From positions 608,001 to 672,000 of the forward strand of contig CBDANF010000002.1 of assembly GCA_965197475.1 (NCBI GenBank): a stretch of 64,000 nucleotides of DNA, given 5' to 3'. A program made the translations under genes and the position numbers. Of the stretch, positions 49,411-59,430 are shown piece after piece (position 1 is the first letter of the stretch; each line of letters opens with the position of its first letter). Below the pieces are notes generated by a model that searched no databases, had not been told where the DNA came from, and was given only the letters and a program-made list of their open reading frames with translations. Source of the DNA: Candidatus Poribacteria bacterium (lineage in GTDB: Bacteria > Poribacteria > WGA-4E > WGA-3G).

Positions 49411-50809
49411 CTTTTCCATAATGTACGTGAAGACACTTTTGTGTTTGCGGTTGGATTTTGAACCTATCACTGGTAGTAAACCCGATGACCCACAAAATTT
49501 CATCACCGCTGACGAGTACTGGGATGCGATTGCGTTCGCAGCCTGGTACTTTGGCATCTATCAAAAAATCCTTAATCTTTTTTCTTCCTTCCATCCCATG
49601 GGGCTGAAATCTGTCCCCTTGTCGTCGATTGCGAACCGTCAGTGGTAATTTTATCTCATCATAATCGAACATTGCTTCAAAGACACCATCTGCTAAGGTG
49701 ATTTCATCGCCTGGTCCGATGTCGTATAAATATGCTGTGATTTCTGCATTTAATGTGGGGATAAACGTTTGACCCGATACGTTTAGCGCATAGGCAAAGT
49801 CTTCCGTTTCAATAGGTGTTTTCTCAAAATTTAGTTGCTGATATGCACGTTTGAACTGAAAACCGTTTGGAAGTACTAATACAGCATTCGGTTTATCCCC
49901 ATTGATGAGGTCAAGAATTGCTTGGCAGTGCTCAAATGAGAAATCGCTCACTTGTCCGAATATTTCAGAGATGCTGTGCCTTAGAATTCGTCTTTGCAAT
50001 ACAATGTGGTACTGTAGAAATTTTTCCCTATCTAACACAACGCTTGTAGGTTGAGAAAGTGAAAGTCTGCAGACATCAAATGCCGCACGCGCAATTGTGT
50101 CAAGGTATGTCGATTCAGCACCTAAAATTTCAGCGGTTCGGTTTAATGCTGTCCTGATATTTGGATTATAGTTCTGTTCAAGCAGCGGTATCAACTCATG
50201 ACGGATTCGGTTGCGGAGATAACGTTTATCTGTATTCGTTGCATCCTGTCTTGGCACGAGGTCTATTGACGTAAGAAATGATTCGATTTCTTGACGAGTA
50301 AACCTTACGAGGGGACGAATGAACTTTCCATCTCTGATAGGTGCAATCCCTTTTAATCCGTTTGATCCCGTGCCACGAATTAGATTCATCAGAACTGTTT
50401 CGGCAATATCGTCTTGGTGATGCCCGAGGGCAATTTTGGTTGCGCCTACTTGCACACAGACAGATTCATAAAATTCGTAACGCGCTCTACGACCTGCAGC
50501 CTCTACAGAAAGTTTCCACTGTTTTATTAGATGTGGTAATTCAACGGAGTGTCCCGTAAAAGGCAACCCTAAACGCACAGCATGCTCACGAACAAATTCA
50601 GCGTCTGCGGCAGAATCATGCCTGAGACCGTGGTCAAGGTGAACAACGTGGAGGTGGCAGTTTAGATGTGTTTGTAGAGATTGCAACCCGTAAAGTAGTG
50701 CAAGCGAATCAGCACCACCTGAGACTGCAATGAGCACCGTTTCACCGTCCTTAATCATGGTGTGCTGCGAAATGAAACGATGCATCTCTTGCACAAAACG
50801 GGCTTCCAT
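49394..50809 (-). CDS. tilS: tRNA(Ile)-lysidine synthetase
   Basis: SGGADS, HLDHGLR, RRARY, GHHQDDIAET, RNRIR; TilS C-terminal domain. Confidence 0.95.
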   Translation of the reverse strand: MEARFVQEMHRFISQHTMIKDGETVLIAVSGGADSLALLYGLQSLQTHLNCHLHVVHLDHGLRHDSAADAEFVREHAVRLGLPFTGHSVELPHLIKQWKLSVEAAGRRARYEFYESVCVQVGATKIALGHHQDDIAETVLMNLIRGTGSNGLKGIAPIRDGKFIRPLVRFTRQEIESFLTSIDLVPRQDATNTDKRYLRNRIRHELIPLLEQNYNPNIRTALNRTAEILGAESTYLDTIARAAFDVCRLSLSQPTSVVLDREKFLQYHIVLQRRILRHSISEIFGQVSDFSFEHCQAILDLINGDKPNAVLVLPNGFQFKRAYQQLNFEKTPIETEDFAYALNVSGQTFIPTLNAEITAYLYDIGPGDEITLADGVFEAMFDYDEIKLPLTVRNRRQGDRFQPHGMEGRKKIKDFLIDAKVPGCERNRIPVLVSGDEILWVIGFTTSDRFKIQPQTQKCLHVHYGKDEIVS

Positions 50810-50831
50810 GAGGTGGGCCTTCAAAGAACAA

Positions 50832-50903
50832 TGCCGGTGCGGAGAGTTGAACTCCGGACAGCACGATTATGAGTCGTGTGCTCTACCACTGAGCTACACC
50901 GGC
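50832..50903 (-). tRNA. tRNA with CAT anticodon (Ile2 or elongator Met)
   Basis: GCCGGTG/CACCGGC acceptor, TAGCTCAGTGGTAGAGC D arm, CACGA-CTCATAA-TCGTG anticodon arm. Confidence 0.92.
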
Positions 50904-50922
50904 AAGTTAAAATCTATTTTTA

Positions 50923-50951
50923 AGTATAACACATGATTTTCTGAAAGTCAA
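50923..50951 (-). promoter_or_regulatory. sigma70 promoter for tRNA-tilS-hpt
   Basis: TTGACT-17 bp-TATACT with a TGn extension on the minus strand. Confidence 0.7.
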
Positions 50952-51050
50952 TAATTTTTTTGCCTGTTCTGTATGAGATGTTTTCACTATAATTATGGTC
51001 TTCGGTTTGGATATTGCGAATTATGGATAATCGTGATATAATTCTAAATT

Positions 51051-52289
51051 ATGAATATACATCAATTAGCAGGAAAAACCGTCGGAGCAGCAGTTTCAGG
51101 CGGTCTTGATAGCTGCACAATTACCAAATGGTTAGTCGATAAAGGGGTCAATGTCGTTTGCTTTACAGCGGACCTTGGACAACCCGATGAGCGGGATGTT
51201 GACGAGATTCGAGAACGGATGTTGGCATGTGGTGCTCAAGAGGCGGTCATGGTTGATGCGAAGGATGCGCTTGCTGAGGCGGGAATCCGTCTCATTCAAT
51301 GTCAGGCGATGTATGAAGGTGGGTATTGGAATACAACAGGTATCGCTCGACATGCCACGGTAAAAGCACTGCTACCAGAGATGGAAAAGCGCGGTATTTC
51401 TATCTTGACACACGGGGCAACCGGACGCGGGAACGATCAAATCCGATTTCAACTCGCCACCAATATGCTTAATCCGCACTTCTCTGTTTACGCACCGTGG
51501 CGAGATGCTGAATTTCTCAAACAGTTCGGTGGCAGAAAGGAGATGATAGATTTCTGCCAAACACACAACTTACCGATTACCGCTACGCATGAAAAACCTT
51601 ACTCTACAGATGCGAATTTGTTAGGATTAACACATGAAGCGGGTAGGTTAGAATCACTGAAAACACCAGCAGGGTTTATTACACCAGGAATGGGTGTACA
51701 TCCGAAAGACGCGCCAGATGATATAGAACACTTCACTGTTACGTTTGCACGGGGGATGCCTGTTGAAGTGAACGGAAGTCCTTGCACACCACTGATGAGT
51801 CTGATGGAGGCAAACCGAATTGGTGGACGAAACGGAGTCGGTATCGGGATTCATACTGTTGAAAACCGATTTGTTGGGATTAAAAGCCGTGGCGTTTATG
51901 AATCACCGGGAATGGAATTGCTGGGCAAATGTTATGAGTATTTACTTCAACTTATTTTAGATAGGCGAGCGCGAAAACTCTTTGATGGTATTTCGTCCGA
52001 TGTTGCCGAACAGATTTACCAGGGTTACTGGTTCGATTCCGCCACGCAATCCATGTTAGCATCGGTTGAATCGCTGACGCGTTTAGCAAGTGGGACGATT
52101 ACGGTTGCGCTGTATAAAGGAAACGTTGCATTCCATGCCGCAACCGGTGTTACGCATTCACTTTACTCTGAAGAAACGGCTTCAATGGAGGATATTGGGG
52201 ATTTTGATCACGCGGATTCGGAGGGTTTTCTGGCGGTGCTTGGTGTCGGTGCCCGGGCATCTGCTATTGCAGGGCAGACACAAGAGTAA
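51051..52289 (+). CDS. argG: Argininosuccinate synthase
   Basis: SGGLDS, HGATGRGNDQIRF, YSTDANL, ENRFVGIKSRGVYESPG. Confidence 0.95.
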   Translation: MNIHQLAGKTVGAAVSGGLDSCTITKWLVDKGVNVVCFTADLGQPDERDVDEIRERMLACGAQEAVMVDAKDALAEAGIRLIQCQAMYEGGYWNTTGIARHATVKALLPEMEKRGISILTHGATGRGNDQIRFQLATNMLNPHFSVYAPWRDAEFLKQFGGRKEMIDFCQTHNLPITATHEKPYSTDANLLGLTHEAGRLESLKTPAGFITPGMGVHPKDAPDDIEHFTVTFARGMPVEVNGSPCTPLMSLMEANRIGGRNGVGIGIHTVENRFVGIKSRGVYESPGMELLGKCYEYLLQLILDRRARKLFDGISSDVAEQIYQGYWFDSATQSMLASVESLTRLASGTITVALYKGNVAFHAATGVTHSLYSEETASMEDIGDFDHADSEGFLAVLGVGARASAIAGQTQE

Positions 52290-52319
52290 GCAGACACCTC
52301 TTTTTTCTACTTTTCTGAA

Positions 52320-53312
52320 TTAAGGAACTTCAATCTTTGCAAACAGTTGTGCGATAATGCTTTCAACGTCAACACTCTCAGCTTCTGCTTCGTAGCTAAG
52401 GATGACTCGATGCCTTAGCACATCCATTCCAACTTCATGAATGTCTTCAGGTGTAACGTATCCACGTTGGGAGAGGAATGCTTGCGCTCTGGAGGCAAGC
52501 GCAAGGAAAATTGTTGCTCGTGGCGATGCGCCATACTCAATCAAAGGACTCAATTCGTCCAATTGATATGCTTCCGGTGCGCGCGTGGCACACACAAGAT
52601 CGACGATGTAAGTTTCCAACTGTTCCGCCATATAGATGTTGCGTGTAAGTTCACGGAATCTGATAATATCTTCACAGGAAATCACTTCCTGAATTTCAGG
52701 TATCTCTTCAGTTGTCATGCGGCGGAGGATTTGCAATTCCTCTGAGTGTGATGGGTAATTTACCTTAACCTTTAGCATAAATCTATCCACTTGTGCTTCG
52801 GGAAGTGGGTAGGTGCCTTCCTGCTCAATTGGGTTTTGTGTGGCTAAAACAAGGAATGGATCGTCAAGTGGGTAGGTGGTGCCACCAATTGTGACCTGCC
52901 GTTCCTGCATTGCTTCCAACAACGCACTTTGCACCTTCGCTGGCGCACGGTTTATTTCATCTGCAAGGATAACGTTTGCGAAAATAGGACCTTTTTTGGT
53001 GTAAAACTCGCCTTTCCGTTGGTCATAAATTAGGGTGCCGATGAGGTCTGCAGGGAGTAAGTCAGGCGTAAATTGGAGTCGCTTGAAAAAAGCATCAATA
53101 GTCTTTGCCAGCGCGGCAATAGCGGTGGTTTTCGCAAGTCCCGGCACACCTTCTAATAAGATGTGTCCATTACAGAGCAATCCGATAATTAAGCGTTCAA
53201 GTAGTGCGCGTTGTCCAACGATGATTTTGCCTGCTTCGTCCAGAATTCGCTGAATGAGGCTACTATCGGTTTGGATGCGGGCATTCATTGCCTCTAAATC
53301 GTAGTTTTGCAT
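52320..53312 (-). CDS. moxR: MoxR-family AAA+ ATPase
   Basis: LEGVPGLAKT, FTPDLLPAD, LADEINRAPAKVQSALLEAMQE, ATQNPIEQEGTYPLPEAQ. Confidence 0.92.
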   Translation of the reverse strand: MQNYDLEAMNARIQTDSSLIQRILDEAGKIIVGQRALLERLIIGLLCNGHILLEGVPGLAKTTAIAALAKTIDAFFKRLQFTPDLLPADLIGTLIYDQRKGEFYTKKGPIFANVILADEINRAPAKVQSALLEAMQERQVTIGGTTYPLDDPFLVLATQNPIEQEGTYPLPEAQVDRFMLKVKVNYPSHSEELQILRRMTTEEIPEIQEVISCEDIIRFRELTRNIYMAEQLETYIVDLVCATRAPEAYQLDELSPLIEYGASPRATIFLALASRAQAFLSQRGYVTPEDIHEVGMDVLRHRVILSYEAEAESVDVESIIAQLFAKIEVP

Positions 53313-53405
53313 ATTTTAATGGCTATCGGTTGCCGGTTATCAGTTTTCAGAGAAAGAGGGTTTCGATAAAACAAATCTCTTCTGACTGCTGATTACTGAC
53401 TGCTA

Positions 53406-54766
53406 TTACGTGAAAAACGGCTGCGTTTCCCCTTCCTGAAAGGATTGCTCAAGCCAAGGATCCTTGGTTTTCTGCCTGAATTCAATGACCTTTCGGCGCA
53501 TTTCATGGGCTATGTCTTGTAATTCCGGAGCATCAATGAGGTTTTTCGATTCTGCTGGGTCGTTCTGCATATCAAACAACGCTTCACGACTTTGATGCAC
53601 AAAATCTTCCCGTTGTCGCTCTCCTAATTTCTGTATATTGTCATCCCGTACGGCTGTCTATGAAATAGAACGGAACAGATCACTCGGAAGCGGTGTCTCC
53701 AATTGATATGCCAGATTACGGACATATTTGTATCTCCGTCCCCGTAAAACCCGATATGGATAATAGTTGGTCACCTCATGGAAACAATGAGAGTAATATG
53801 TTTCCTCCCACTGTCCGTTGCCGGGGTGAGGACTGTCATCTTCAAGAATAGGGAGTAATGATCTGCCGGGGAGCGCGTCTTCCCCATCAGGATGAGAAAC
53901 ACCGCACCAATCTAACATGGTTGGGCAAAAATCAACCCAGTTGACAAGTGCCTGATTGCGGAGCCCGCGCCGTTGCTGCGTGGGGCTTGCAATAAGTAAT
54001 GGACAGTGGTGTCCACTATCACAAAACTGGATGCTTTTGCGCCGGGAAACGGCATGGCATGGTCTGTTGTTACAAAAACAAGTGTGTCATCTGCGCGTCC
54101 AGAAGCGTCAAGAGCGTCTAAAGCTGCACCGACCACAGCATCCCATCGTGAAACACTTTCGTAATAGTCCGCAAGGTCTTCGCGAACGGCAGGGACATCC
54201 GGTAGAAAATTCGGCACAATTATCTCATCAGGACTATAAGTACCGGGTTCAATACCAGCATGCTGCCGATCATTTCCGAAACCCTTTCCTGCCCGATGTG
54301 GATAAGTGCAGCCGATATGTAGATAAAATGGCGTATCCGTGTTTTGCGAGAGGAATTGTTCAACACTCTCTGCCACTGACACAGGACTTCGGGGATTAAC
54401 CTTGGGTTCATAATCAAAAGAGTAAACGCTTACGGGTTCAACGTGCTTTTTGCCAATACAGGCAGTCGCAAATCCGTGTGCTTTCAGAATTTTTGGAACA
54501 GACTGCATGTGTTCATGCGTGCGAAAACCGTGAATACCGTGGCAGTGTCCATATTGCCCATGCGTGTGGCTATGTTGTCCTGTGAGAATACATGCTCGAC
54601 TCACCGCACAGGAAGGACTTGTGCAGAATCCGTAGTCAAAAACAACACCGCGTTCTGCAAAGGCATCAATTCGGGGGGTTCTGATTACTTCATTGCCGTA
54701 GCATTTTGCGATACGGCTCCAATCGTCCGCAATAACGAACATAACGTTTTTATAGGAATTTTTCAT
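53406..54766 (-). pseudogene. Sulfatase (sulfamidase-like) pseudogene: frameshift plus premature TAG
   Basis: VIADD, CAVSRACILTG, GKKH, TTDH. Frameshift near 54021 (TTT GT GAT); in-frame TAG at 53660-53658 in SDLFRSIS*TAV. The three ORF pieces are colinear. Confidence 0.85.
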
Positions 54767-54849
54767 AAATTTTCTAAAACAAGTAAAGGTCGAGATTCGG
54801 AGATCGCTCCTACGGTAGGAGGAAACTCCGATACCCGATTATTGTCACT

Positions 54850-57174
54850 TTATACTAACCCACCCCGTTTTCGCAAGAACCACTCAAGACCGAGTAGCAT
54901 GAGGATTAACCCGAAAATCAGCGGCAGGTCCCAAATATCAACATCAGTGATTTCTGATGTCGCACTCTCAACAAGCGAGATTTGATTGACTAATTGGTTT
55001 GCCTCTTCAATGGGATAATATTTGCCGCCGCTCATCTCTGCGAGATTTGTAAGAAGCGACACATTGAGTGCTGCATCACTAAACTCTGCATAAGACGGTT
55101 TGACTTCAAAAAGTGCCTGCTGTTTGCCAAGGTTTTCACCATCAAGAGTGCCCGTTGCAGTAACGGTGTATTCACCAAACCGACTCGGAACAAATCGTGC
55201 TGTATACAAACCATCTGTGCCTAACACCTGCTCAAGTGGAAGTTCTTTCCGAGTGCCAGTTTCATCAACAACGATTGCGCGCAACTTCGCTTCATTCGTT
55301 AACGTAAACGTTTCATCTATTGCGGTTACCTCAATTACAACGGGTTCTTTCAGCATATATTCAGTCTTGGCAAGATCAAGTTTGAGAGCAGCTTTGGGCG
55401 CGGTGGTCAACCATTTCGCTACCTGCCGCCAGAAACGGTGGTGGCTGTCATCATTACTCTCTAATAGCATTTGCCATCTATATGGATTATTCGGCGTGAA
55501 CACCATGACACGTCCCGCGTTGTAATTGTGGGTTGCCATTATGATACGTTTTCCAAATTCATTCCGATCACTCGGATGTTCAGCGAGGATTGTTGCTCCT
55601 GCTTTTGCACGTTTGACTTTACTATAACCGAAAAGTTCTGGCATATCACTCCAAAGTCGCAAATTTTCAGCGGGGTTATCTGCCAATTCCATCAACGACT
55701 CTGTTTTGCCTTCTGTTGTCAGTTGCAACTTAAATCCTTTTACATGTGGTATCTGGGATGGTGGAAGGTGACTGGGGACAGATTTAGGTGGCGAACCTAA
55801 TTCCAATTCAACAGGAAGTAAGTGGGCAATTGGTGTGTTGAGATATGAATCGGTTACTTCAGAGTTGCCTAAGGAATGCGTGCCGCCTAACATCAAAAAG
55901 CCGCCGCCGCGTGTGCGTACGAATTCAACTGTGTTCTCAAGTTGTGTGCGCGTGAATTTGGAAGCGTCAATATTACCGAAAATAATTGCGTCAAAATTGA
56001 AAAGGACATCTTTTGAATCGGGATAGAATTTGAAGTCTTGGTCTGAACTATCTTGGGTGCCGCCATAACTGCGATCGCTCGTTGTGCATCGGTCAGTTAA
56101 GACGATATTCGGATCATCCTGCAAGGCGCGCTTGATGAATTTAAATCCCCAAAACGGCCTGGAAACGAATAAGATTTTTACACGTTTCGTAGGGATTACT
56201 TTTAAGATGAAAGTTTTGGTGTTATTTTGTGGGATTACCTCGTCAGCTTCAGGAAGGACATACACCTCATATTTTTGGGTGCCCGGTTGACGCGGGGTAA
56301 ATTTGATCGGAACTCTCGTTGTGTCGTTTTTCATAGACACCGGCAATGTTTGAAGAATTCGTCCGTTCTCGATTAATTGGATCGTAACTTCTTTTTGCTT
56401 GCTACCTGTACGCCTCACTGTAGCGGATATTTCGACAGGAAAATCTTCTTCTGCGGTACGGGGGACATCCACCTTGACCAATTCGATGTCAGCGGCACCT
56501 TCTTCTGAACCGATGCCAACAGTGTGGATAGGTACTTTCCGTTCACGGATTTGCATCGCAAGTTTTGCTATATCTGCTCCGCTTCGATCTACGCCATCAG
56601 TGAAGAGGACAATACCGGAAAGTGGAATGCCTTGCAAGTCATCAAGTGCTTCATTTATCGCGTGCGGGATATTTGTGTTTTCCCCATCCGCAGCTGGTAA
56701 TGGTTCATTTTCAATTCGTTTCGCGTCCGTGTCAAATCCAAACAGTCTGGTCTTAAATTGATTGGCATTCAGTTCGTCAATGAGTCCACTACCATCTTCA
56801 GTATTTTCACCGAAAAGCAGCTGGTTAGCCCGATTCAACCGAGATTTTCCATCGTCTGAATCCGTAATCTGCATGCTTTTGGAACGGTCGACCATTACTA
56901 AGAGGTAGGAATCATCAGGGTTGTTCTGATAAATAGTTAGAAAAGGTTTGAGTAGACAAAAGGCGAGGAAACACAGTACAATTGTGCGGAGAACAATGAG
57001 AAATATGCGAAAAACGTGCCCAGTACGCCCCCTTGTGCTCCGATATGCCCAAATGGTTGCTGCAACAAGAGAAGCCATCAAGACAAAGATAAGAAGCCCT
57101 GGTAATGGCACGCCGAACGAGAAATCCCCTTCTCGAAAAACATCAATCGGGTACCTCATGAGTTGTTCAAACAT
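54850..57174 (-). CDS. Membrane protein with VWA-like, Ig-like and glutamine-amidotransferase-like domains (MoxR-associated type)
   Basis: N-terminal TMs, VDRSKSM, FTDG, GGGFLMLGG, LLPV, C-terminal EWFLRKRGGL. Confidence 0.8.
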   Translation of the reverse strand: MFEQLMRYPIDVFREGDFSFGVPLPGLLIFVLMASLVAATIWAYRSTRGRTGHVFRIFLIVLRTIVLCFLAFCLLKPFLTIYQNNPDDSYLLVMVDRSKSMQITDSDDGKSRLNRANQLLFGENTEDGSGLIDELNANQFKTRLFGFDTDAKRIENEPLPAADGENTNIPHAINEALDDLQGIPLSGIVLFTDGVDRSGADIAKLAMQIRERKVPIHTVGIGSEEGAADIELVKVDVPRTAEEDFPVEISATVRRTGSKQKEVTIQLIENGRILQTLPVSMKNDTTRVPIKFTPRQPGTQKYEVYVLPEADEVIPQNNTKTFILKVIPTKRVKILFVSRPFWGFKFIKRALQDDPNIVLTDRCTTSDRSYGGTQDSSDQDFKFYPDSKDVLFNFDAIIFGNIDASKFTRTQLENTVEFVRTRGGGFLMLGGTHSLGNSEVTDSYLNTPIAHLLPVELELGSPPKSVPSHLPPSQIPHVKGFKLQLTTEGKTESLMELADNPAENLRLWSDMPELFGYSKVKRAKAGATILAEHPSDRNEFGKRIIMATHNYNAGRVMVFTPNNPYRWQMLLESNDDSHHRFWRQVAKWLTTAPKAALKLDLAKTEYMLKEPVVIEVTAIDETFTLTNEAKLRAIVVDETGTRKELPLEQVLGTDGLYTARFVPSRFGEYTVTATGTLDGENLGKQQALFEVKPSYAEFSDAALNVSLLTNLAEMSGGKYYPIEEANQLVNQISLVESATSEITDVDIWDLPLIFGLILMLLGLEWFLRKRGGLV

Positions 57175-57519
57175 AACGTTATGTTACCTCTATAAACAGA
57201 ATGCCAGCGAATTAAGGATGCGTTCTTGTTTGTGTAATACTATTTACTATTATACACGGGAATGTTGAATTAGTTCAACCTTATTTTGAATTTCAGGGTG
57301 TGTAAATTTAGTCATGTGCATAATCCATTTAATGCACCTTTTGCCAAACCGCACATCTAAGCCGCAGATAGAGGTAGTGAGAACAAGAAACTCGCTGAAA
57401 AGTTTCCATGGTACCGTTATTTCATCGGTGATGAAGTAAAAGTTGAAGAAGTTTCTATTGATGAACTCTAATAGAAATTAAACCGAAACCTATATAGCTC
57501 TTCTTTCCGCTAATTTTTC

Positions 57520-57548
57520 TTGACATTACCAAAATTACATGTTATTAT
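57520..57548 (+). promoter_or_regulatory. Probable sigma70 promoter of the ABC operon
   Basis: TTGACA-17 bp-TATTAT with TGn. Confidence 0.55.
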
Positions 57549-57635
57549 TTTAAAAGAATTTTATCCTTATTAAACGTTGGTTAGAAATCCTTTTCGCCAA
57601 CCACATCTCTATATTATTTAAGAAATTAAATCGTA

Positions 57636-58631
57636 ATGATTGAAGTCAGAGAACTAACAAAATCTTACGGTCCAACGCTTGCCGTTAATCAGGTTTCATT
57701 TGAAGCGCATGCAGGAGAGGTTGTAGGGTTCATCGGTCCCAACGGTGCGGGAAAGACCACCACGATGCGTATCCTGACCTGCTATCTCACTGCAGATGTA
57801 GGTAGTGCTACCGTTGCTGGCTACGATGTTCTTGAACACGCTATTGATGTCAGAAAAAATGTTGGCTACCTTCCTGAAAGCGCGCCGCTTTACGCAGACA
57901 TGGGAGTAGTTGAATACCTCAAGTTTATGGCGGAAGTCCGGGAAATACCCAAAAGTCAACGGAAAGAACGGTTAAGAACGGTCGTTGAAATCTGTGGACT
58001 TGAGGGTGTTATTCAAAAGGACATCGGTGAACTTTCTAAAGGTTACCGACAACGTGTTGGCTTAGCGCAAAGCCTCATCCACGACCCGCCGATCCTGATT
58101 TTAGACGAACCTACCTCTGGACTTGACCCGAGCCAAACAATTGAGATTCGAAACCTGATAAAGGATATCGGGGAAGAGAAACTTGTCCTCTTCAGCACAC
58201 ACATTTTGCCTGAAGTGGCTGCGACCTGTAGCCGAATCCTTATTATCAACCGTGGGCAAATTGTCGCTAACGGTACGCTGGTGGATCTCATTAGCCAGGT
58301 TCGGAGTGAAGACAAAGTGCATGTTGCTATCCGAGGATCGGAAGAAGCGATTACCACAAAACTAAATGAGTTGGATGGCATCTCTGGGGTTACACATGTC
58401 AAAACAGACGATGGCATCGTAAGTTATGAAATCACTACGGCACAAGATGCCGAAATTGCAACTGAAACCCTCTTCCACGCTGCTGTCCAAAATGACTGGA
58501 GCTTGGCGGAGCTACGCCCAGAATCAGTCGATTTGGAACAGGTATTCCTCTACTTTACGACTGGACAGGTTAAAGATGCCACACCTACTGAGGAATTAGC
58601 AACCGAAGTAGCTTCTCCAGAAGAGGCGTAA
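57636..58631 (+). CDS. ABC transporter ATP-binding protein (GldA-like)
   Basis: GPNGAGKTT, LSKGYRQRVGLAQ, LILDEPT, STH. Confidence 0.92.
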   Translation: MIEVRELTKSYGPTLAVNQVSFEAHAGEVVGFIGPNGAGKTTTMRILTCYLTADVGSATVAGYDVLEHAIDVRKNVGYLPESAPLYADMGVVEYLKFMAEVREIPKSQRKERLRTVVEICGLEGVIQKDIGELSKGYRQRVGLAQSLIHDPPILILDEPTSGLDPSQTIEIRNLIKDIGEEKLVLFSTHILPEVAATCSRILIINRGQIVANGTLVDLISQVRSEDKVHVAIRGSEEAITTKLNELDGISGVTHVKTDDGIVSYEITTAQDAEIATETLFHAAVQNDWSLAELRPESVDLEQVFLYFTTGQVKDATPTEELATEVASPEEA

Positions 58632-58693
58632 ATATAAGGTTAACGTTTTCGTTTTTTCTATAACCGTGTGTCGCGCGTACAAAAAAGAATACT

Positions 58694-59410
58694 ATGCAGA
58701 ACATCAACGCTATTTTCAAAAAGGAATTCAGAAGTTATTTCAATTCACCCATTGCGTATATTTTTATCACGTTTTTCCTCGCCATCTCTTCGTGGCTTTT
58801 TTTCCGTGCTTTTTTCATTACCAATCAAGCCGAAATGCGAGGATTTTTTGGGTTAATGCCATGGATTTTTCTATTTTTTATCCCCGCAGTTACGATGAAA
58901 CTCTGGGCTGAAGAGAAGAAACTCGGAACAGCAGAAATCCTAATGACGTTACCAATTCGGGATTACGAAGTGGTACTCGGGAAATTTTTTGCGAGTTTCG
59001 GGTTGCTTGCTGTAACAGCTCTATTTTCACTTGCCATTCCCTTTTCGGTTATGTATCTCGGTGATCCAGATGGCGGAACAATTGTATGCGGCTACCTCGG
59101 ATTACTATTGATGGGTGGTGCTTATCTGGCGATAGGGCTATTTGCTTCAACGTTGACTGAGAATCAGATTATCGCCTTTATTTTGGGAATCTCTGCCTGC
59201 TTTGTCCTACTGATTATCGGCGAAGACATTGTGCTTTTCAGTACTCCCGATTGGTTATATCCAATTTTTAGCTATCTCGGTCTTAGTGCACATTATAGTA
59301 GTATTCTGCGCGGCGTGATTGATTCTCGCGACATTATCTATTATTTGACGATCATCGGGTTTTTTCTCTATTTAAGCACGCGGTCGGTTGAAAGTCGGAA
59401 ATGGCGTTAA
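58694..59410 (+). CDS. ABC-2 permease (GldF-like)
   Basis: KEFRSYFNSPIAY, TMKLWAEEKKLGT, STLTENQIIA, RGVIDSRD. Confidence 0.9.
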   Translation: MQNINAIFKKEFRSYFNSPIAYIFITFFLAISSWLFFRAFFITNQAEMRGFFGLMPWIFLFFIPAVTMKLWAEEKKLGTAEILMTLPIRDYEVVLGKFFASFGLLAVTALFSLAIPFSVMYLGDPDGGTIVCGYLGLLLMGGAYLAIGLFASTLTENQIIAFILGISACFVLLIIGEDIVLFSTPDWLYPIFSYLGLSAHYSSILRGVIDSRDIIYYLTIIGFFLYLSTRSVESRKWR

Positions 59411-59430
59411 GATGAAGGAGGTAAACTGTT

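Noticed and set aside
57400-57490. Degenerate CRISPR repeat or structured RNA (GTTTCCAT..., TTCATCGGTGATGAA)
   Set aside because: No repeated unit with spacers; better explained as a gene remnant.
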